64,000 nucleotides of DNA from Geosiphon pyriformis uo1 (taxonomy: Eukaryota; Fungi; Glomeromycota): contig JAAOMT010000263.1 of the NCBI GenBank assembly GCA_016748015.1, positions 7,899 through 71,898 on the forward strand, given 5' to 3'. The stretch's first letter is position 1. Each line of letters starts with the position of its first letter. The notes below the pieces were generated by a model, which worked only from the letters and a program-made list of their open reading frames with translations, was not told the DNA's origin and did no database searches. The position numbers and the translations under genes are program-made. This document shows positions 37,753 to 50,600 of this stretch, in pieces.

Positions 37753-40700
37753 GGGTAAAATATAAGAATTTTAAAAGGATTTATAACTCTATATATTTCG
37801 ATAAAGATCTTTTTCTAGCTTGAAATCCAGAGTTTTAGTATGTATGTTTTAATATTTGACTTTTCAATAGAGAAACTACTTTATCGTCACAATCAATTAG
37901 TTATAGCATGCACAGTATTGTTTATAAAAAGAATCTAGCTATTTTCAAAACCATTTAAGTTCGGTACGACAAGAGCCCACTTACCAATACCAAATCTTGT
38001 TTTAAAGTTATGGATCATAAGGCGACTGATATGACAAAAGCTCATTTAACAAGTTAAATATTGTATTCTAAGAAATGAAACCTTTAAAAAATCGTTGTCT
38101 CAACTTTCCATTCCAAACTCTAATTATGGTTACTTCAAATAGCTAATTCGAATTTAAGGTGACCTTTTTGTTGACTGACTACCAAATGATTCATTCGCGC
38201 ATTGCGTTCAGCTGATCTCGAAATGAGCCAAAGAATTACCCGCTATTTTCAAAGAAAAACTTCACAATATCCCCAACCAGAATCGCAGGACAAAAAGGTG
38301 GATAAGTGGCGTTAACGGACTTAAAACGCTTATGCTAAAAACTTCGGGTAAAACGGTTAAGTATCCCTAGAATTAAGCTGGTTTGGATCAGTTGCCTTTG
38401 GAATTTGTTTATGAAGTTATAACAAAAGTATTTGTGGGTACGATTTGAAAATGAACATCTATCATTTATGAGCAGACACAATCTTATAAAATTGATAAAT
38501 TTCACTATGAATGAATTTTTTTTGCTAAATTCAAAAACTATCTATGTATAAATTGGAATTATTTTCGTTATGAAACATTTAATAGGAATGCCTTGAATTT
38601 TGTATCATGAATAAGCTTAATCAAGACTAAATCATTTTTAAAAAATGAAGCACAATTTTTTTGGTTTTAAAATATTCTAATTATTATCATTGAAAGGAAT
38701 TTATTTAATTTTTTGTAATATAGTCTTTTCAATCTTTGAAGACCCTTCTTTATCGAATTATTAAAATATTTTGTTTTAGATATAAATTCTCTATTAAAGA
38801 AAACTTGTAATACAACTTTTGGAAAATAAAGTTGCTTAAATCAATTTAAAATTCTGAAAATTATAAATATTTGACATTAAGTAGATATAATATTTATTTA
38901 AATAAAATCTCTTATAAGCAAATTTTTATGGAATTTTATTATTCTTATGCCAAATCTTTTTGCCTTTAAGTTTTAACAGAAATAAATTATAAGAAAATAT
39001 ATTAGCTGAAAAAATTTGGGATTAAAAATTTGTTACAGTTATAATAAACAATAAATTTAATGTAACTTCAGTATAAATTTTAAGTTTTTTACGATTTTTT
39101 ATAATATTCAATATTTATTGCATTGTATATCGATTTAAGCTTATTCTATAATTTTTTAAATCATTAAAACTCTTTCTTATTACAATTCCCTTGCTCCTTA
39201 TTTTAGAAAATTACATAATTGTAACAAGCAAATAGATTCTGATTGTGATTTAAAAACCTTTGTTAAAACCACATAAATTATAATAACTAATTGTACAGCT
39301 TCAATTTTACATCTTAAAATTTGGTTTAGGAAATAAGTGTTATTTAATAAGTTTAATTGTTTATTAGATATATAAATCATTGAAATAGAATTTAAGTAAA
39401 CTGTCAAGATTATTTATGCATAATAAAAATTTATTTTATAATAATTTTCAGTACAAAAGGCGATAAACCAAATTTTGCTAATTATGGTATACAATTTTTA
39501 AAATCAGAAACAGCTTTACAAAATATAATTTCATATATTCAAAACTTATTTTTTTAATTTAACAAATTTAATAAAAAATAAAATTGTTGGCATTTTTTTG
39601 TATCTTTAATTTCAAGATATATGATTATATTTATTTTATTAACATATGTTTAAAATACAATACAAATGCTGTTTTTGAAATAATTTATCAGTTTTATTTA
39701 AATGTTTGTTTTTTAGTAAATTTTTTTAAAAAACTAATAATTTGCATTTTCAAGCAAACATAAAATATTTTTAAATTTTGCTGAGAAAAATAACATTAAC
39801 TTTTTAAATTTATTTTAATTTTATCAGCTGTAATAATGTATATAAAAAATTTTATAGTTTCAATTAAATTTAGATTTTATAATTTGCATAAAAATTATCT
39901 TAACAAAATATTTTTAACACCACTTTAACATGATAATTAAATTTTTTTTATTTTTTACAAATACCAAAATATTGTCGTTAAATATTTTATATTAAACATT
40001 ATAATAATTAATTTGATGTTATGTATTAATTACTACTGTCATATATTTAGCCACTTTATTTTTAAAATTAATTTTTATTGGTTATTAACGTGATTAATAA
40101 TCTAATTGTTAACTTAATTATTGACTTAGACTAAATTATTGACTTGGTTGTTTGTTTTTTTATTAAATAAAAAACTATTGAAAATAATTAATATTTGTTG
40201 TTAAATTTTAAGTATTAATTAAAGCATAAAATTATAACAGTTTTATTATTTTTTATTAATAATCACAGACTATTTTTGAGCTTCAAATCTTTTTGAAAAA
40301 TTAGTTACTGTAAATTTGAAAACTGATATCATTAATAAAATTGTTTATATATGTTTAATTTGCTGTTTTGTTCAAAAGATTTTAATTAAATTTACAAGTG
40401 TGTTACTTTTATCTGTAATAATAATATTTAAAATTTTATTTATAAATATTGAAATAGTGTTAACTTATAATTAAATAATAAATATAAACTTTATTAAAGG
40501 TTTAAAAAAATCTTATAACTTTAATAAATACATGTTACTTACAGCTTAATTTATTGTTCATAAAGTAATTGCTATTTATGATTAAGTTCTAAGATTGTAT
40601 TTAATTAAATTAACAATATGGTTTGTTTTGTTAAATAAAAAAGTCTAAAAATAATGAAAAATGAAACAATTAATAATGTTAAAATTTTTGGTAATTTTTA

Positions 40701-42328
40701 ATTTTAATCTCAAAAATAATTACATAAAATACTGTTTAAATACAATATTTATTCTATTTTTACCTTTAATTTTGAATATTGTTATTATATTTTTTAAATT
40801 CAAAATAAAAATGGTTTTTTCAAAAAGTTTATTACTAAAACAAGTTTTTTGTAAAAATGTTAAAGCCAACAAAATATTTTTGATATTATCAATCAATGTT
40901 TTTTATTTCAAAACCAGATTTAATTTTTTTTATAAATTTATTAATTAGTTGCAAAAATTTGAATTTTAAGAAAATTTCTAAATATAATAAAAACAATATT
41001 GAAATGTTTTCAAAAAAGAAATAAATCAAACAATATTTGCGTTTTTTAATAAATTCAACTTGAATTTTATTAGTTGTATTGTTAAATATATTTAATCATT
41101 AAATTACTATAAAAAATTTAAATAAACCAAAATTTTCTAAAATATTTATTTTTGATACTAAAAAATATACTGGTGTATTGTTGTGGAGTTATGTCCAAAA
41201 ATTTTTGTGATTTGAGCGGCATTTATGAATTTTTTGCTTATCAAACTCTTCTTTTTTTTATAATTTTGTTTAGCTGTGTATGAATAGATGTCATTTTTTA
41301 TAAGAGAATTATAATGCTGTTGAATCACAAAAAGCAAAAAAACATCTCAAAAAAAGGAGAAACTTGAAATCTTGATTTTTAAAAATGGTTACACATGCAA
41401 ATTGGATGTTACTTTTTGGGTTACTGTACAGCAACATGTAAAATTTTCCCTTTAACAATTAAATTGGGAATAAAATTATTTTAACAAAATTATTTTCTAA
41501 TCAAGATTGCTCGTTTGAATAAAATAACTTTGATAAGGGTCAAGTGCAATGTTACTAAGCAAATTTGTGATGAACTAGGAGCAATAGGCTCAATGAATAC
41601 CTGACTAAGGATTCTTACAATACATGTCAATTGAAAGCAAAAATCACAAATTGACCTTTTTTCATACTTTGAGCATGGCTCGTCAACTTTTAAAGATAAT
41701 AAATCTTCATTACGAAACTTGATAAAAGCTAAATAAATAAGATTTTAAGAGAAATAATACTTTTTTTGTTTTCAAAAATAAACTTGATCAGGATATTTCT
41801 ACATATCTTTTTAAATTTTAAACAAGAAAATAGCAACGAATTTGATATAGGTTAGGTTTTATCGAATATTCGAGAAATGGGCCATTAGTAACTTTTGCTG
41901 CGGCCAATTATCAAGTGATACATTTTCACTTTATCGAAGGATCAAGTTTTTTTTAACTTGAATGATGGATAAATTTCAAAATTACAATAAGATTTTGGGT
42001 AACAAATAGGTCTGAATTTTCCTTCGAATTTACACCTAATTCAACATTAATATTTGTACTTATCGTTTTAAATCAAAATCAACTTCGAAAGTAGAGAATG
42101 CGTAGTGTTTGAAGATTTCAAATGAATATTATTTGAAATTGTCAAAGAGGAAATTCTTGAAGAACAAATATTGTTATTTACTTTCTTTTAGTTAGCTTTA
42201 ATCAAATCAAAACGCTTATGATTTATTTGGAAGTTCTTAATATCTCCTTTTCCTCAGAGAAGCGAATCCCAAAATAGTTTAAAGAAACTATACTTGCAAT
42301 GAATGGTTTGTGTTTAAAAATATTAGAT

Positions 42329-42390
42329 AATGACATACAATTTTACCATAAAATAAAAGTATAAAAATAATGGTAAAATTGTATGTCATT
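42329..42390. repeat. Perfect 21-bp inverted repeat with a 20-nt loop
   Basis: AATGACATACAATTTTACCAT (42329-42349) / ATGGTAAAATTGTATGTCATT (42370-42390). Confidence 0.9.
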
Positions 42391-45370
42391 GCCAAATATT
42401 ATTATCAATTTATTAATGAGATACATGCCTTTGGTAACGCTAATATTGGGATAAAAATATACTATAGATTTCTTAAATTTTTTACATGGTTATTCGAATT
42501 TCAAACAAATAGATTGTCATTTTTATCGTTATAAATTTTTATAATTAATATAAGAATCATGATAAAAAACATATTCAAATTTTTCAAAGTATTTTTTATA
42601 TAGAGAAATGCTTACATTATTACATAAAAATTGTTTTAATTTTAAGCAAGAGTAAATAAAATTGGTGCGAAACAATTAAATAAAAAAAGATCTTATTTTT
42701 GCAATTTTTGTAAATAATTTTTTTTAATTAATTCTAAATATATTGTGCCAAAACATTGCATAATTTAATAATAAAAGCAAGTTAATGAAACTAATCAAAA
42801 ATATTCCAACTTGTTGTTTGCCAAAAAAAAGACAATCAAAAAATGGTATTGTGATATAAATGCAAAAAAAAATTGGATTCAAATTTTAATAATTTTATAA
42901 ACTTGTTCAATAAAGCAGAAGAATGTTTTATTTGGTTAATTTTTAATAAAACCAATATATTTGATATTATTCAAAAAGATTGAAAATACAAAGTCTTTAA
43001 AATCAAGTTATCTTTTTTTAAATTATTTATTTAATTTATAAAAATAATTTCTGTATTAATTCTGCAACATCATATTTTTTTATTGTTATGTTGTTTAAAT
43101 AATTTTTTTGCCCACAAAACTCAGTTTTAAATATCAATAAACCAAATATGAGATTTTTAGAATCATATTTTTGTTTGAAAAAAAAACAAAACAATCAAAG
43201 CTCAAACTTTGTATGTGAAAATCTTTTAAGAAAGTTAAAATAAAACCTATTTAAAAAAATATTCAATTTTTAATTATTCAAATAATAAAATCAGATTACT
43301 TATATTAAAGAGAAAATCTTGAATTAATTCAATTTCTTATAAAATACTTAAAATGTTTTTATTTGAAAAATTACTATGAAAAATTCTTTGATGATCTTTT
43401 TTTACATTTTCATACTAAAAATTTTTGTGAAAACTAGTTTCTCATTTCAGAAAAAAAAACTTTGTTAAATTGAGTATTTAGCCTTTTAAGTGCATTATGC
43501 ATAATTTTCATTTTGAAACAAAATTATTACTTAATTTCATAAAAAACATTAATTTCATTTAAATTTAGCCTACAAATGAGTCTAACGGTTTTTTTTTTAG
43601 CATGGCCATCATTTATTAATTTCAAAGTAGATTCTCTGATGAAAAAATACCCAACCGGAAAGTCAATATATGGTGAACCAAACGCGTGATCGGTATATCT
43701 TAAATACTTTATCATTGATTTAATTTCCAATTGGTTAAAAATTTCCCATCGTGGATTATCAAATCATCAATAATGACCAAAATGGGTAGATTTATCATGA
43801 TAACTGATAAACAGGAATTTGAAAATGATGATTAACTATGCATGGCATCGGACACTAACAATCGAGTCGGCCGTTCAAGTTGTACTGAACGAACAAATCA
43901 TCAATCAGTTGTCCATCTAATTATAAATTATTCCATGCTATTCTTTTAAAATCGGCCGAAATATTTACCGTAAAATTCAGCCATTTAATTGAAAGCTTAT
44001 TTATTTATTCCCATTGGCAAAAGTAAAAAGCCTGATTTAACATTTCTTTGGTCAGCATTTCGAAATATTTCAAGTAATTAGCCACCAACTCCTTTGAGTT
44101 TGATGTCATATTTTTTTTACTATTGTAAAAGCATGAACATATTGAAATAATTATATCCGAGAATTTTAAGTAAAGGTAACACTTTTCTTTTGCTTGAATC
44201 TCTTAAAACTTGATTTTTGTTCATTTTCATTAATTTTTAACTATATAGAAATTAAAAACATTAAATACTTTCAGCTCCAAATTTGAAATTAAAGCTTTTA
44301 TTCCTTGTTGTTTTAAATTTACTTTTCTTTTAAATTATCAGTCATAATTTTGGAAGCTTAAGATCGGTTATGTAACGTGGGAAAGATGGAACAAATCACA
44401 AATTAGGTACTCGCCACTGCAAAGAAAAATTTAGCATTATAGCCACCTGAGTATTTAAACTTACCATCAATGGGATAGCTTAAAAATGTAAAATTAAGAA
44501 ATTTTTTTTATTTTTATAGGTTTTTGATTACTTCAAATGCTAAATATTTAAAATCGGATATTACATTGTGGCACTTTAAATTTTAATAGAAAATTTAAAA
44601 TATGCTTCACAAGATCCTTTTCGTTGTCGTTTCTTCCTAAAAGTATTCACATGCATGCAAAGAATTTTTAAACAAAAAAATAATCGCGACACAAAAACTG
44701 TCGAAGGTACCACGTTTAGTCTTTTTTGAGTTTTTAAAAAAAGGATCACCAATACATTAAGCTAACCAGAAAAAAAATATAAACCATACTTTTCTGCTCT
44801 CTACAAAAACAGTGATTGAGAAAAGTCTTATAGTGTAATAAAAGAAGAGATTTGAGGAAAGCATTCAATTTATTCACTGAACCTTTCTGAAATCTTTCAC
44901 TTTGAAAATCTTATTTAACATCCAAAAAAAGTTATTCTGACAAACAAAAACCCAAATTTGTTCAATTTGCGGTATTTAAGAAGTTTTATATAATTATCCT
45001 TATTACTCTCTACCATAGATTTCCCGCCCATTCTTTTTTACTTGTTAAGATTAAACCCCCTTATTCAACATCAACATAAACCATCACCTCATCAAGCAAA
45101 AAAAAAACAAACATATTTTTTACGGTTACTTATTTGTTTTACATAAAACACACCTCTTTCTGATCAACCAACAATTTAAAAACGGTTTCTTTGCAAAATT
45201 CAGTTTTTGTTTTCTAAAAGAAACAATTTTTTTTTTGCAAATTCTTATAATTTTTTTGTCCATCTTTTTAAGGAATTGCTTTTCTTCAATATCCAGCTTT
45301 TTATATATTTCATTTTTTGTTACGTATTTATTAAGTAAAATCAAGGTTGGAAATTTTCTCCTTATGAAAT

Positions 45371-47620
45371 ATGAACCAACAACAACAACAACAACAACAA
45401 CAACAGCAACAACAACAACGTGCAATGAATTGGGTTTGGACCGACGACCCACTCTCTAATAGAAGACAAAGAGTTCCCATCGCATGTACATTTTGTCGTC
45501 AACGTAAAATTAGATGTGATGGGAAATCGACTTGTTCAAACTGTGAAAGAATTCGTATAGAATGTATTTATCGTCCAATAAGCAAAAAAAAGCTCGAAAC
45601 AAATCTTTTCACCTCAATCGACTCTTCCGATTCTCATCATCAACCACCACCACCACCACCACCACCACTACCACTACCATTATCACTACCACCACCACAA
45701 TCATCATCATCATCATCGTCATCATCATTACAGTCAAGAAATGAACTCCAACAACAAATTGTTGAATTGCCAATAACCCCAGCCTTCAAACGAAAGAGAA
45801 TTGAAGTTGAACCGTTACAAGATTATTGTCAAATTGTAAGCCAAGCAACTGAAGAAGTAAATATTAATAATAATATTTTTCATACTATTCCACAACCTCA
45901 ACAAAGGTCTTCAAGTTCCTCTTCCTCTACTGTTTCTCCTTGGCTCCAACATCAATTTCCGGTTTTTGCAAAACCTGAGGCAATAATCCCAAAGTTTCTG
46001 GTAGATTCGAATTCTGTTCCATTGATTATCGCTGAGAATTTGTTGCAAGCTTACTGGGAAAATGTTCATCCTTATGTACCTATTATTGACAAAAATGAAT
46101 TTCTTCAACAATTTCAAAATGAACATGACCCTCCTTCTCCATTGCTCCTCAATGCAATCTATGCCGTAGCAGCTGGGTTCACAGAATATGCAAGTGAACG
46201 TCTGATTTATTTCCAAAGAGCAGGATCTTTACTCGATAATTTTCTTGATACACCCCGAATGTCTACAGTTTCTGCGCTCATTCTTATGTGTATTTATCAA
46301 CAACAATATCATGATCAACAACAGCATTCAGATTATGATCAAGGTAAAAATAATTTCGGATTTTTCCGTAGCTGGATGTATATAAAAATTGCGGTTGGAA
46401 TGGCCCTTGAACTTGATCTGAATAAGGATTGTCAAGACACCACCACTCACCAAAAAGAAACTAGAAGAAAGCTATGGTGGTCTTTATTCATGCTAGACGT
46501 TTTAATCTGCCATATTTCGGGAAAACCAAGCAATATCGATCAAGAGCAATGTAATCTTGATGAACCTTCAAGTGAAGAAATTCCCGATTTTGTGAAACAA
46601 ATTAGATTCTCTCGGGCACTTCATCGATTGTTAAAAATCGAAATCTCATCACCAAAAAGAAATTCCTTCTACTTTGATCGGAATACAAATAACCCCAACT
46701 TCGATGATGAAATAACACCTTGGCTATTACAATTGCCTAGCCATTTGAACTCATTGACATATGACAACTCTGTACAATCCCCTAACCAATTGCATTTCCA
46801 TATGCTTTACCATACGTTTACAATTCTTTTGCATCAACGAAATATCAGGACTTCTTTAGAGTCCCTTCGAAAGTGTACAACAGCAGCGATCCACATAAAT
46901 GATCTTGCTGATCAAATTACACGGCGAAACGGCGCACCATTCAGAGGTTTTTTAAATTGCACGAAATGGTGTTTGGAGAAAGCATCTAAAATTCGGGTAG
47001 AAAATAGTGACACAGAAACTGTTCCTATAATTACCGCAGCTACTCAGCAGTCTCAGGAATCATTCAATTTTCACTCAAGTTTTTCGGCAATTGACCCGGC
47101 AAATTATTATTCCTCACCACATCCATCCCCGTCAATCATTCAGGTAGAATCAGTTGATTTACATCTTAACAACTCTCAATTTGAGATGCTCGGAAAACAT
47201 AATGATAACTCTTTGGGAATAGTAAAATTGTTTGATGATGGCTCATATTCGCCCCAATCATCTGTTGAAAATTGGCAGGGACATGAGGAAATGAACTTTC
47301 CCCAGTCTTTTGCCACAACTTTACAACACACGCAGGAATCTCATTATCGGCTTTTATCCCCAAATGATTCAGTATCAACGACCCCTCCTATTTCTGGAAC
47401 TATACCAACGAACTCTTATTTTCCACTTAACTCATCACCAATTATTCATTCTTCACCTACAACCTCACCGTTTTCTTCTCCATCGAACAATCAAACACTT
47501 AAATCTAATGTTAACACATTGGAGACCCTTTCTTTTGCCGTAGTTCGGCAACATGAGGAAGCAACTTGTGCATCTGGATACTCTAGCTTTGCTGGGTATA
47601 ATACTGACCTTGGTATTTGA
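45371..47620 (+). CDS. Zn(II)2Cys6 fungal transcription factor with Fungal_trans (middle homology) domain, 749 aa, intronless
   Basis: ACTFCRQRKIRCDGKSTCSNCERIRIEC zinc cluster. Middle region motifs YWENVHPYVPIIDK, LLLNAIYAVAA, A.ELDLN and ETRRKLWWSLFMLD. polyQ, polyP and polyS tracts. Confidence 0.95.
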   Translation: MNQQQQQQQQQQQQQQRAMNWVWTDDPLSNRRQRVPIACTFCRQRKIRCDGKSTCSNCERIRIECIYRPISKKKLETNLFTSIDSSDSHHQPPPPPPPPLPLPLSLPPPQSSSSSSSSSLQSRNELQQQIVELPITPAFKRKRIEVEPLQDYCQIVSQATEEVNINNNIFHTIPQPQQRSSSSSSSTVSPWLQHQFPVFAKPEAIIPKFLVDSNSVPLIIAENLLQAYWENVHPYVPIIDKNEFLQQFQNEHDPPSPLLLNAIYAVAAGFTEYASERLIYFQRAGSLLDNFLDTPRMSTVSALILMCIYQQQYHDQQQHSDYDQGKNNFGFFRSWMYIKIAVGMALELDLNKDCQDTTTHQKETRRKLWWSLFMLDVLICHISGKPSNIDQEQCNLDEPSSEEIPDFVKQIRFSRALHRLLKIEISSPKRNSFYFDRNTNNPNFDDEITPWLLQLPSHLNSLTYDNSVQSPNQLHFHMLYHTFTILLHQRNIRTSLESLRKCTTAAIHINDLADQITRRNGAPFRGFLNCTKWCLEKASKIRVENSDTETVPIITAATQQSQESFNFHSSFSAIDPANYYSSPHPSPSIIQVESVDLHLNNSQFEMLGKHNDNSLGIVKLFDDGSYSPQSSVENWQGHEEMNFPQSFATTLQHTQESHYRLLSPNDSVSTTPPISGTIPTNSYFPLNSSPIIHSSPTTSPFSSPSNNQTLKSNVNTLETLSFAVVRQHEEATCASGYSSFAGYNTDLGI

Positions 47621-50600
47621 CCAAATTAAAAATAAATATCTATACTATAGCAAAGGTTCTCCTGGATGTCGATACATATAAATATAGATATCATGCCTAC
47701 TTTGATTTTGGGTGGTATTCGATATTTTTGTTTCAATTTAATTCATCTATTTTTCTTCCTCTCGCTATCTCCAACTGTTATATCACCTTGGAGAGAAGTA
47801 TGAGCTAATGTACAAATCAAGTTTAGAATTCAGCCTTCTTAATTTCTGCTTACTTTGTCGGTTTGAATAATTTCTGGCAAGAATGGTTAGCGCAATAAAG
47901 AAACTTATAACATGTCACGGCAACAATTTCCTAGATAATATAATGAACAATTACCCAACATCTATCTTTAAACCGACGATCTCAAATTTTAGAATTTCCG
48001 GTATTTTTATCCTTCCTCAGCTAATTTTTCTATTGAAGCCAACATTCGGGTGATTCATATTTGCTCTAGGAGCGCAAAAAGCTGTAGGGCCGCTTGAAAT
48101 CTCGTCAACGAGACTTTAATTCTTAGACGAACGCCTCTGATCCACTTTTTCTCTTTCGCGTTGCAATGAAATTATATATCCGCTTTTTCTTTCACTTCCC
48201 CCAATACTTGTATACCTTCAATTCCCTCTTTATTCTGTCCGTGTCACCTCTGTTAATTTACAAATATTTCCTTCTGTTCTTAAAAAAGTTATTCGATTGT
48301 CAAAAATGGGTTGATTACAAACGATTCTTTTGATAAACAGCAAATAATAAGTCCTAGGTTTTGACTTAATGCGGGGTGAAAAACATAACAAGTAACCAGA
48401 CGTGGGCTCAAATTTTTTTTGCCTGGAGACTACAATTTTCGGACCCAAACTACCCTTATCCTGAACTATTTTGAACATATGTTTTCCTTTCTAAGATGGA
48501 TGGTTTTCTCAAGTTCTTATTCTATCTAAAGCTTTTAATTTAGTAGTTTCTCTTTTTTTTGGATATTTTCCTATTTCCCTTTTTTGGATTATACAATTTA
48601 AAGATTTTTCTCAAAAAATGGTGAATCATCGATTTCGAATTTCCTTTTTTCTCTCATCCCCCAAAGTATTTTGTAACCTATGTTTGTAAAGAAAAGACAC
48701 AGGTTACCATGTATTTTTTAAGTTTTTCGGAAATGAATCCTGCATGATCTAGAAAAAAAATGTAAATAAAGCCCAAAGAGACTCAAACAATATGAAGAAA
48801 GTAATGGTAAAAATAAAAAATTCACAGTTAGATTTAAATAGCAGTTGTGTTTTTTTCAAAGTTTCATGTTGAAAATTTTCTTTCCCTAAATATTTTATTG
48901 GATGCTTGAGTTTGTCTTTTCCCAAAATAATTTCAAAACTATTTTTTACAAAAGCTGTCTCATTTGATAAATCTTTCAAGACTTTGAGCTTTTAATCAAA
49001 GACTTTTTACCATCTGAGCTTGTTTGCCAATGATTTGATAATAAATGCAATTGGCTCACATTGTAGATTTCATAATATGTTGACATTTTAATTAAATTAA
49101 CCAGTTTAAAAAACTGAAAAAACTTGCTGATATTACTCTCCATATTGCTCTTTAACAACCAATTGTCACCAAAGCATTTCACATGGGTAAGTTTTTTAAT
49201 CTCTCTTAATATGTCACGAAATTTAATAATTTATCCGAATCTTTATTCAGAACTTCAATTTCTTGAAAATTAGGGTTTTCCGTCTTTCATTTCCACTTTC
49301 TCTTGAGGTGTTTTCTCGATAAGTCATCGATTTATAATATTCTTATGCCGAAATTGGGACAAAAGATTTCTGTTTTCACCATTGATCTTGGATCTACGGA
49401 AAATTCTAATTCTTTATCTTTTGTGTTTAGATTTATTTGGCTGAAATTGATAATAAACTTTATGAGCTATTTTTCTGGAGGAAGATACTTATCCGCTGAC
49501 CTTACTCGCATTAAGCCCTTTTCTACGTGATACGAGAGCCATCAAATATATCGACCTTATGGCCGTACAGCGATTTCGAGTGGCCAGCAACATTATGTAA
49601 ACACCCATATAATGAAAATACACAGTGCTCTTGGTTTATTTGAAAGTTTTGACTGTTCGTCTTTGCTGATTACATTTCACTGGTTCAAATTTTTTGAGAA
49701 CCAAGCTTTTGAACTCGCCAGATAAACAGTTCGGTACGTTTTCTATATTTATTGCAACCAAAATCATTGTAAAACGAGACATACGTTGCATGTGGAATTC
49801 AGTGAAATCCTATTAAAAAGCGAAAAACATTTACTATGCATTTAGAAGATTCGGGGGAAAAGTGTGGTACCTGTGTTTTCTTGCAGAAACTATGCTTAGA
49901 TGTTTTTGTTAATCAAACTTCTCCAGACAGTTGGTCAATTTTTCACAAGTATCGCATATCTTTTTGGTTGCAATTCCTTTTTCCTTTAAAAAAAACTTGA
50001 GTCATCATTGGTGAATTATCTTTTGCCTGCATTGCTGATCGTGCTATATCTGCGAGCTGCATATGCATGAATTTCCATTTTGAATTTTTAAAACCGAGTT
50101 TTTTCCTTTTTATCTTTCCCTTATGTCAGGCCTTTAAGTAATCGTCTTAGTCAATTTTCAAATTAGTGGCAAAAATGGCAAGTAGCCGTAACATAAATAT
50201 CATCGTTGAAGGACCAGAAAAAACTGAGTTGTCATGATAGCAAACAAAAACCAAAAGTCCTACGCCCGTACCAATGGTGATGTACAGTTAGCATGCTCAC
50301 TAGCTTTTAAGAATTCTTTAAGAATATTAATAATTCAGTAGCAGTACAATGGAAGAAGACTTCTTGCCATCAAAAAAAAAGATCTCAACGCTACAACGTG
50401 ACTGCAAATTGTAACTGAAAAGCGGGAAAAAGAAGCTGATGTTGTGCCATCTTTGGGATAGAATAAAAATCTAAAATGGTAAACAATAAGCATTCCAAAG
50501 AGAAAGCGAGTATCTTGCTCAAGTTCAACTATCGCTGGATAGTACAATTTATTACGCCACATTTTTAATACTATTTTTAGGCTATGATTGATAGATGAGA

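Noticed and set aside
38500-41200. Helitron or other named transposons in this and the other AT-rich blocks (6.1-7.3, 30-32, 51-53, 58-59 and 60.4-62 kb)
   Set aside because: Probably dead repeats, but I found no convincing motif, TIR or TSD by eye.
45126-46216. Overlapping or antisense ORFs (polyV, polyT and others) at the transcription factor gene
   Set aside because: These are shadow frames of the trinucleotide tracts and of the real CDS.
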